34,182 nucleotides of DNA. Source: Mesotaenium endlicherianum. Lineage: Eukaryota. Numbering within the stretch: the first letter of the stretch is position 1; each line of letters starts with the position of its first letter. Under the pieces are notes generated by a model. That model was not told the origin of the DNA, made no database searches, and worked only from the letters and a program-made list of their open reading frames with translations. Location: contig WELA01001317.1 of the NCBI GenBank assembly GCA_009602735.1, forward strand, positions 1 to 34,182, written 5' to 3'. The position numbers were made by a program, and so were the translations under genes. This document shows positions 22,639 to 34,182 of the stretch, piece after piece.

Positions 22639-24019
22639 CGGCGGTGGCACAGACACGGGCGGTGGCGACACGGCGGCGGCCACCATTGCGGTGCTGGAGC
22701 ACAAGCTGGAGTGCATGCAGCTCTCGCTGGACCAGCTGTCAGCCCCGCCCACGGCGCCGGAAGAGCCCTCCCCTCACAGAAGCCCAAGCTTGAGTAATGC
22801 CAGGAGGGGCCCGCAGGAGGAGCAGCAGCAGCAGCAGCAGCAGCAGCATCAGAGTGGGAAGCCACCTCTCAGCCCGACAAGCACGCCGCGCACTCCCGCC
22901 AGTTTGAGGCTATCCGAAGCGGATGAAGGGAATGGACCAGTGGCAGCTGCGGCGGTGAAGCGCGCGGCCTCCGTGGACGTGCGGCGCATGCAGGCGCTGT
23001 TCAAGACGGCGGCGGAGGAGAACATAAAGAGCATCCGCGCGTACGTCACGGAGCTCAAGGAGCGCGTGGCCAAGCTCCACTACCAGAAGCAGCTCCTGGT
23101 CCGCCAGGTGTGCACTTGCTCCTCCCCAACCCAGGTGCCACATGTGCGCGCACGCACGTGCATACACTGGCCAACCATCCTGCTGGGTGAGTGACGCACG
23201 GATGACGGGCTGACTGTGCGTGAGGGAGTGAGCAGGTGATTGACCTGGAGAGCCACAAAAAGACCGCGTCAGACGACGATGGCGATGACGACGACGACGA
23301 CGACGAGGAGGAGGAGGACGACTCTCGTGGTGGCGGCGAGGCCGCTGCCCTCGCGCCACTGCCAGCCCCCTGGCACTCTAGTAGCAGTCAGCCCTTTGAG
23401 CAGGAGATGGCGGCCATAGTGGCGCTGTGGAACCAGTGCCATGTGGCGCTGTGCCACAGGACGCACTTCTATCTGGTGATGAAGGGGGGAGGGGCGGGGA
23501 GCCCTCCTTGTGCAGATGCGCGCGTGTATGTGGACGTGGAGCGCCGGCGCCTCCTGTGGCTCTCGCACTACTGCCACACGACTGGCGCTGCCACTCTGTC
23601 TGCCAGGTGCGCGCGTGCACGTTGACGACTGCCTGGCGGGAATTGGGGGCTTACTGTTATTCGGCTGCAGAATGAGTATGCGCGATTGAGTGGCTGACTG
23701 AGTGTGTGGTCTTCTGCTGGGCAGTCTGAAGGCATTGCATAAGGAGCGGCGACAGCTGGCGGCCAAGATGAAGGCGCGGCTGACGGAGAGGGAGCGGGAG
23801 CAGCTGTATGCACAGTGGGGGGTGGCAGCGGGCAGCAAGCAGCGCAAGCTGCAACTAGCGCTGCGGCTGTGGTCGGACCCCACAGATGCGCAGCAGGTGG
23901 AGGCCAGCGCTCGCATTACCGCCCGCCTGCTGGCCTTTGCCCCGCGCTCATCTGACACCGGCACGCCCAAGGAGCTGTTTGCTCTCCACTACAGCCCCCC
24001 TCCAGCCAGCCGGACGTGA
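18231..24019 (+). CDS. NACK: Kinesin-7, NACK/HINKEL/TETRASPORE-like, with C-terminal DUF3490; spliced, part hidden in a gap
   Basis: Exons 18231-18807 ([13 protein letters not shown]), 19023-19112, 19340-19440 (P-loop [13 protein letters not shown]), 19648-19761 (LEIYNE), 19926-20007, 20136-20203 (NDASSRSH), 20341-20424, 20554-20678 ([15 protein letters not shown]), 20783-20987 ([23 protein letters not shown]), [gap], 21660-21806, 21917-23107 ([56 protein letters not shown]), 23236-23606 ([17 protein letters not shown]) and 23725-24019 (LYAQWGV...[15 protein letters not shown]). Confidence 0.93.
21023..21528. other. Assembly gap (506 N), probably hiding the kinesin neck/coiled-coil exon(s)
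   Basis: N run flanked by C tracts. The segment that normally follows the motor domain is missing from the visible exons. Confidence 0.95.
22598..22636 (+). repeat. (CAG)13 coding microsatellite (polyQ) in the kinesin stalk
   Basis: 13 perfect in-frame CAG units. Confidence 0.97.
22823..22846 (+). repeat. (CAG)8 coding microsatellite (polyQ)
   Basis: 8 perfect in-frame CAG units. Confidence 0.95.
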
Positions 24020-24636
24020 AATTTGGGGCTGTGGGGTTGTCAGACAGGGCTTACTGCCATAGAGAGAGGTGCATCCGTCCGGTTGTACAGGCAGCTCTGC
24101 CTAGAGTTGTGTTAATTTTATTGGTCATTTGTAGTTTAGCCAGGAGTAGTTGTAGCTGCCACAAGATTATAGGATATAGTTGTAGTTATGGCATCTTCCA
24201 GGAGTTTGAATAAGGTGCACGCCAATAATATGTTCGTTGCAGAGAACGATGATAGAATAATTGCAGACCAGTAGCGCTGCGTAAGGCGACAAAAGACTCA
24301 CCAGACATTGATTTGTCATATAGCCCAGAACATGTCCACATTCTTGCAATAAAGGTCCAAAGTGCCAAGCAACCTTGATCATGCCGTTGCATAGAAGGGG
24401 CCGGAGTTCAACATGTCCAGGTTTTGCTGCTGCCTCTGTGCATTCAAACGTGTGCAGCATAGACAAGCAGGGAAAAGCAGCTAGAGTTTGTCATCATTAT
24501 AGCCCTAGTTCCCATGTTGCCCCCCCGAGCCTTCTCGAAGGACGAGCACAATACTGGCATATTAACATTCTTTGATTTGATTGCTCATCTATTCCAAACA
24601 GGAGGCTAAGCGGGCCCTATGGGCGGCCAGTGTCTC

Positions 24637-26563
24637 TCAAGTTCGTTGTTTCTTGCGGGCCAAATAGCGTTCCCTCGCAGCTGACACGGCATCAATAGGC
24701 TCTAACGCAGCGTGCAACCGCGTACTCTTTGTATCGGGCTTGGCGGCCACCACTTCGGCCTCTGCTGCTGACTGGACGCCTTCTTCTTGTGCACTACTCC
24801 CGCTGGCATCCGGCGTAGAACCCTCCACAGCCCCATGCTGGCCAGACCGCACGGACGGCGCTGCCACTCCTGCTGCGGCGCGCCTTAGAGCTTCAGTACT
24901 GCTCGGGCTACTTGCTTGCTGCAGCTGAAGCTCCGCAGAGGGTCCCTTCCGCAAAACGGGCTCCTCCTCCTCCTCCTCCTCTTGTTGTTGCAGCTCTTCT
25001 GCAGCATGACGAGAGCCACGAGTTGCAGGCAGTGCAGCAGTGGCAGGAGGAGGTGGAGACTCCACCGCCACCACCTTGGCACCAAAGGCCTCGTTCTTGT
25101 TCAGCAGGTTGCGGTAGAAGTCGCTCAAGTCGCCCTTCTTCGTCACCTGCAGCCTCAGCAGCACCCACAAGCGCAGCAGCATAAGACACGGTTGCCTTCT
25201 CATGAGCAGCCAGCCCACACACCAAGTTCCATGCCATGGCTGGAAGCAAACAGAGGGGGGAGGAGGAGGAGGCGCATACGTCGTGCGCGGCCTCCAGGGC
25301 CTCGCGGCGCCGCTCGTCCTCCAGCAGCTTCTGCTGCTCCGCCAGCTTCTCGCGGTACGCGCGCGTCACAAACTTCTCCTTGTCGCCGTACAGGTGGTCC
25401 TCCTTAGCCCTCTCCTTGGCCAGCTGGCGCTCGTACACGAGGTCCTGATCCCGCTGCCTCTCCTCGGCTTTATGCAGAAGGCGCGCAATATACTTGGACT
25501 GCTTCACCCCCCCCCCAGTGAGCTGCCATGTAAAATATTTCCAGTCCCTAGGCATCTCACAAGACATCCATTGCCAGATGGAAGCAGAACACTGAGACAC
25601 ATGCGCGTTCCTTCCGAGCTCATTCAGGGCTGAGAGAATGCCTGTCCATCTGTCTGTCCGTCCGTCGATTGCCCACTGCAGCTTCTGAGTATCCCATCCT
25701 CTCCAAAGGCATGCTGCATGGGCAGCATGCCCCCACAGTCCTCCCACGGCTGCTGGCTGCTGGCCTGTGCGTGGGCGTGAAGGTAGCAGCTGAATGCAAC
25801 AAGGCCAATGAAGGAGGGCTGAGAGCGCACCTCGCGCTGCCGCCTGTCCTCCACCAGGGGCTTGTCCTTGGCGCCCTTCATGTCGTCATACACTCCGTCG
25901 TAGTCGAAAACATTAGGGTCCTGCTCCAGCGCCTCTGCATGCTTCTTCTCCACCTGCCCACCTTGGCAAATTCCAGGAGTGCTCACAAGTTGTACCACAC
26001 AGCCTACAGGCTGCATGCAGATAGACCTGAAGACATGAGAACAGTCGTGCGGTCATCAACGTCCACCTAGAGGAGCCTGGGGCATCACCAAGAGTACAAA
26101 ACATAACAAGGATGACTGGTCATGAGATAAGCTCCACGTTGGTTTTAACACAAACAGGAGCAGACAGAGAGACATATAATGCCCCTTACTGTACATAGTT
26201 TCTCTCCAGCTTCTTCAACCTTCCACATGTTAAGTCCTCGTAGGCATCCTTTTCACCACCAACACACTGGAGTATGCTACATATTATTTGTTAAGCATAC
26301 AAAGTGCTTGTGGCTCTGGAGAATTCCTTAACGAAATATTATATGACACGTATGGAATAAGTCAAGCAACACACCTCCCGCTGAGAATTCTTTCTGGACG
26401 CTTGACGGGCAATCTGGGCTTCAATATCATCTGTATCGTCGTCATTGCCAAATATTGAAGGTATCCTTGGTGTTGCTTTTTCCCTGGAAGCTGCTTGCTT
26501 CTTCTGCCCGACTCGGGTGTTCAGCTGAAGCCCATACTTCACACCCTTCTGTCCTGAAAGCAT
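24637..26563 (-). CDS. NSRP1: Nuclear speckle splicing regulatory protein 1-like (CCDC55/DUF2040), spliced
   Basis: Exons 26563-26375 (MLSGQKGVKYGLQL...IFGNDDD), 25953-25831 (ALEQDPNVFDYDGVYDDMK), 25498-25280 (SKYIARLL...KEKFVTRAYREKL) and 25146-24637 (VTKKGDLSDFYRNLL...AARERYLARK). All introns are GT-AG, phase 0. Confidence 0.9.
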
Positions 26564-27529
26564 ACTTGATTGTAACAGGAAAACAATAAGGACGTCGCTA
26601 GTCACACTGAAGCGCCATAGATTTGAGGTTTGGTCCTAGAGGCTCGTCCAAAATCCGTGTATCAGAAGGGCCAGAATGATTAGCTTGGTGAGCCTGAAAA
26701 TCACCGAGCAATACGAGCAGAAATATGCGAAAGCCGATCACATCAGCAAAAATGGGCGCCAACCCTGCGAAGCTTATAGAGTACAATGTAGAGTCCCTGA
26801 CCAGATCACTGAAGAACAGAGAATGATCGTTCTACTCTTTCGGGCTCAGCATAACATCATACAGGACTCTCTTGTGGTATTGTGGTATGGAGTCTGGACC
26901 TCGAGAAGGGCTTCGAGTCACTTCGACCGGCTTCGTGTGTGCATAGTAGCCCATAACCTGTAGGACGAACATCATTGAAACGTTGACTGAGTGTACAGGC
27001 CGTCAACCAGCGTCTAGTGGCGTCTAGGCACTCAAACGTATGACGTTGACCATTATCAATCGCCAACAATTGATTATGTCGCCATGCGTGGCCATGCCAT
27101 ACATGTCGCTTGCTTATGATCAACTCACGATTGGTAGTAGTACGAAGCAGTACGGAAGCCAGTTGGAGCCATTTGGGGCCAGTTCACAGCAGCTTGCGGA
27201 GAGGAGCGCAAAGCTGCGGAGAGCAGCGCAGAGTGGCCCAGATTGGCCCAGATGGGCGCAGAGTGCAAAGGAGCATGCAAAAGCTGTGCAAAAGAGTGTC
27301 ATTTTCTTGCCAAGTCATCAATCCTCGTTGGAGCATTTACACGTCGGCTTGCGCAGTCTGGCACCAAAGCATAACGAGCTTGGTTCTGGACATTCTTGGT
27401 CTTGTATCCGATAAGAAGCGACTAGATCAAGATAGCCATTTCATTTCGTAAGTCGGGACGATAATATCATCCACGAACGGGCAGTGCGAGATAAATCAGT
27501 ACCGCATTTCGTAGCACTAAGAAGTTGAA

Positions 27530-30154
27530 ATGGCCACTAGTAGCAAAGACGACTTTCGTGCAGCAGGGCCCGGACCTCTGAGTGTTCCAGGAGAGAGCAC
27601 GAAGACTACTACATCTTTGCTGGAGACGGGTGCAAAAGCATTGCAGAGCCTTAAGCCCATCAACAATTTTTCGCAGGTCAGCCCTCTTGCATTTGGCATG
27701 TGTACCATACAATCTTCCCAGACATTACATGGGTCTGTGCTATAGATCCCGACCCGATATGTGTACAGGTTGACATCTTTGACTGTCACACACGTACATG
27801 CAGCAGCTCAAAATAAGTATGTGGAGCTTAATGCTTCACTACCTAAGTGTGCCTTGTATGTTCGCCTTGCTTATATTATACGAGCTCCACTGTAGTAACC
27901 CCCCATACACATATAAAAGCATATCTATGATAAAATATGTCTTCCTAAGTCGGCTTATAGTGGCATAACTGATGTGCTACTACTCAAAAGGTTACTTATC
28001 TCCTTCATCGTGATAGCATGGAGCTACACACTCATTAAGATTCTGTCTACTGCATGACCAAGCCAGGAATTGAACCCTTGCTGGCTCGTTCAGTTGCATG
28101 CATTCCTCACTTATATACATTTACAGCAACTGTTAGCCTGTTGTCAGTTGAAGTAGTATTTATGTTCTTCGTCTAATTGATGTTGTAGATAACAGTGGGT
28201 ACTTGTTCAGATATATTTTTCAATTTTACGCTTACACGTATTGCATTTATATGTGCTGCAATTTTATCCCATCTTTCAAAGTGAGTACAGATTATACCGA
28301 GAAGTAAGAACTTCAGCAACTAAATGGAATTTCCCCTCCAAGTTACATTTTATTATATAGGATCATGTGTGAGCTTAGCTCGGCATAACGTTGACAGGTG
28401 TGAGTTGAGCAGTTGGAACTGGACTAGTAGGCAACCATCAATTTTCCTCGTCAAGGAGACTTAATCTGAAGGAAGCTGTAAATCTGGACTGATGCTCGCA
28501 GCAGCCCGAATGAATGACTCTGGTTTATTTAAGTGTGGAGTGTGCTAGACTCAGGTATATACTTTGCTTTATGGCTTCCCAAACGTTACTCTTAACAGAC
28601 ACAGTACCTGTGAGCTATTGATGTGCAGCATGTCTGCACCTGGGCGATATACTCTCAAGACATGAAGCGAAAGATTGAGACACATCACCATGCATCCCGC
28701 CTCAATGAGGATGTCCTGCAGTGTGCTGTCTTTGACTCCGACCAGTCTGACGCTCGCTTGATTGGTACCTTCTTTGAACAGTGTCCTCTGCTTCTGCAGG
28801 CCTGTACGATTACAATTGGTTAAGTAAGATCAACAAAACATTTTGGCTCAAATGGGATGCACAAAAAATGTACACTCACATTTGCTGGCAGCTCTATGAT
28901 GCTGCAGTTGTTCATCGTCTGATAAATAGTCCTTGCCTTAAGGATCATAATGACTCCATGCATTGCTTGTAGTTTCTCTTTGTTCACCTATTGTTGCTTC
29001 CTCTTCACTTTTACATATGCTTACGTCTAAATTCAGAATGATTTCTGTATTGGCAAATTGATTTGTAATTATCATATCATAGCTTCCATCGGGTGCCCTG
29101 GTGTGACCAGCAACTGTGGTGCGCTTCAGGTATTAACTGACTGGCATTTCAATGTTATAGAACCCTTAGCTAGTCAATCAGTAATTTGTTTGGCCTGGGT
29201 GGCAGCATGCACTTTCTGGTCCAGCCTCGGAAGCAGGCATTTGTGATCTATTGATATGTGGATAGGACATGCTGGTTCTTTGTATAATTGTTGCATTTCT
29301 GACAGTAAGAGCATTTTATGGTGCTTGCAGGAGTCGAGTACATAGTATCTGATCGCCTCTTTGCTACTCTGCCTGAGGACGAGAAGAAGCTGTGGCACTC
29401 CCATTTCTATGAGGTGCATATGCACTTCCTTTTTCTTGTGGACTAGTAATTTCTCTATAAGTCATTTGGATACTGTTTTGCGTCACAACATTCAGTCAGC
29501 TTATCAACACTTTTCAAGGTCCGATAAGTGGGGCTGGGTGCAGACGAACACAGGGCTATGGGTGACGCCTGGGGTGCCAGAAACAGTTCAACAGCAAGAG
29601 CTTGACAAGACGGCCAAGACCTACGGCAAATTTTGGCTGACCTGGCAGGCTGATCGCGGTCAGTGCTTGTCTCCTACTCTCAATCTCAATCCCAGAGATT
29701 GGCTGCTGTGCACGTTCTCTTCACCATCTTGTTAAAGTTTCCCCAAAAGTTCAGTTTTAATTGACCTGTGTATTTACACAAAATAGCTCCATGAATGCGA
29801 AATGCATACTGTCAAATGCATTGGAAGGTAGATGTGGAGTATGCTGTGCCGTTGGTGATTACATCTGCTCCTGATTCACTTTTTGCCACTTCAATGTTTA
29901 CAGGTGACAAACTGCCAATGGGACCGCCAGCACTAATGATGTCACCTCAAGAGCCGCCAGAAGGTCAAATACCAGCTGGAATGATCCATGAGCGTGATCT
30001 GAAGTATGGTATCTCCACCTCCGACAAGAAGAATGAGAGAGCAAGTGCGATCACTGGGCCTCAAGGTGGCCTTGATCCGTTAGCTGACCACTGGGTTAAG
30101 ACAGGAAAGGGATGGGCAACAGAGCTGAAGGAGGTCCCAGCAGTGCCACAGTAG
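27530..30154 (+). CDS. OBAP2: Oil body-associated protein, OBAP2 type (DUF1264), spliced
   Basis: Exons 27530-27676 ([12 protein letters not shown]), 28629-28764 ([20 protein letters not shown]...QCAVFDSD...ARLI), 29331-29413 ([25 protein letters not shown]), 29544-29658 (GLWVTPGVP...[13 protein letters not shown]) and 29904-30154 ([16 protein letters not shown]). Confidence 0.92.
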
Positions 30155-30415
30155 CATGTCTTAGTCTTTCGTCATGTTGCATTGCTAGTGGGGCTGAACC
30201 TGGTGTGCGTGAGCTTGAGGCCCTTGAAGGCCCTTTTGGACTTTTAAGCATGGCCACTGAAGAAGCACAAAACCACTAAAAGAGGACATATGAGCTTGTA
30301 TTGGCAAATATACAAAGTTTTTGAGGACATGTCCTACTCAAGGTCTAGGAGACTGCTACATGTGTCATAGCCATCTTTTTGTAAATAGCTGTATCAATAT
30401 TGGGGTGCCATGAAT

Positions 30416-30591
30416 AAGACACGTACCCACTGAAAAAGAAAAGGCTACAAAGAGTTGCAACATATCTGCCTTAAAGGATTTCTGCAACATATATTACTTG
30501 CAAGACATGTACACACTGAAAAAGAAAAGCCTACAAAGATTTGCACCATATCTGCCTTGAAGGATTTTTGCAACATATATAACTTGCAAGA
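30416..30591. repeat. Imperfect tandem duplication, 86-bp period, 2 copies, plus a degenerate third fragment near 30630-30652
   Basis: AAGACA(C/T)GTAC(C/A)CACTGAAAAAGAAAAG(G/C)CTACAAAGA...ACTTGCAAGA starts at 30416 and at 30502. Confidence 0.9.
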
Positions 30592-30795
30592 ATTTGCAAA
30601 AATTGCAACATGTTTTTGACTTGATGGTTTTTTGCAACAGATAACTTGCAAGATTTTGCACGATATAACAAAGCAGATACTCACATTAAAAGTAAAAAAG
30701 GTATTATATATGCACAGACTTACAAAAATAAATTTCCCGACTCCCTCCATTCTCTGCAGCACTAAAAAGGAGGGGCCATCTAGAAAACAACATAT

Positions 30796-33329
<2,534 letters not shown>

Positions 33330-34110
33330 GTTCCACAGCTTTGATTCTAACGTATAGCAACAAGGCAAGGAATCTAGCAGAGGATATATGTGTGTAACTT
33401 CCAACTAGAAACAAGTCGAGAATTCCATGAAGCGACCCCACCAATTATGAACTTCCCCTACCACATCTAGCATCCGTAAAACGTCACCTGTTATGTGCTT
33501 GCGTCAACATTGATGGTGTCCCGTGGGGCCTTAGGCGTTCTGGAGAAAGTGCTCTTTTCACACCTCCATGACGGACTGCTCGTGTCGCAACTGCGAGTTT
33601 GCCCGTCCGCCAACCATGCGTGCGCGGAAAGCAGAGAAGAGAAGCAGGTGACTTACGCACGACAACCGACGGCCTCTCAAGCGTGAGAACGCATACTCGA
33701 GGTGGACCGTGGCGACCACAAGTAATGACAAACGGCATTAAGTGCGTATAAATTGCTCTCTTGGGCCAATGGTCCCGACTTGTACTACTAAGGCTGCCCA
33801 CAGAGCGCGAGTAAGCTTCTGAACAAGGTCAATGACGCTAGTGAACTGATGCGCGCTCAAGCGCGTGTGTACGGACCTTCTGGGCAACTAAATCAAACTG
33901 CATGTTACACAAGCTGCACCAAGGTGCATACTTAATGGTAGAAGCTGCAAGAAGTTGATGGAAGATGCTAGAGTGTTCCAGATATTGCGGATTTAGCTCG
34001 TTGCACGCAAGCTCGGTGGCGGAATGTTAGACTTTAAGTTGATAGGATTGAAAAGTCTAGGAAAGTTCAAGAACACTGAGATGGGGAGGGCACTACCCTA
34101 TTAAGGGGTG

Positions 34111-34182
34111 TTTAGGGTTTAGGGTTTAGGGTTTAGGGTTTAGGGTTTAGGGTTTAGGGTTTAGGGTTTAGGGTTTAGGGTT
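34111..34182 (+). repeat. Plant-type telomeric repeat (TTTAGGG)10+, running off the window end
   Basis: Ten perfect TTTAGGG units plus TT, with the G-rich strand running 5'->3' toward the end as expected for a true telomere. Confidence 0.95.

Noticed and set aside
18900..26100. Dozens of overlapping and antisense ORFs
   Set aside because: Expected from high GC and stop-codon scarcity. The spliced kinesin and NSRP1 models explain the coding signal.
27040..27451. 124-aa and 113-aa ORFs upstream of OBAP2
   Set aside because: Low-complexity promoter-region sequence with no recognisable domain.

Overview
Eukaryotic, intron-rich DNA ending in a plant-type (TTTAGGG)n array, so most likely a chromosome end. 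The gene content (NACK-type kinesin with DUF3490 tail, OBAP2, plant-type RPT6) points to a streptophyte, probably an alga or non-seed plant; that taxon call is inference. From left to right: (1) an apparently intact minus-strand Ty3/gypsy chromovirus, with gag and pol in different frames joined by a clear -1 frameshift signal (U UUA AAA, 7-nt spacer, 10-bp stem, possible multi-hairpin pseudoknot) and a candidate 5' LTR; (2) a ~310-bp hAT-like MITE; (3) six spliced host genes in alternating orientation: PQ-loop transporter (+), DUF4336 protein (-), kinesin-7/NACK (+), NSRP1-like (-), OBAP2 (+) and proteasome ATPase RPT6 (-); (4) the telomeric repeat, only ~780 bp from the RPT6 start codon. Two ~0.5-kb assembly gaps sit in G/C homopolymer tracts. 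Introns in GC-rich segments show a strand-specific architecture with a C-rich 5' end and a G-rich 3' end, and lack a polypyrimidine tract. Exon coordinates were derived by hand from GT-AG sites and remembered family motifs; no database search was run.
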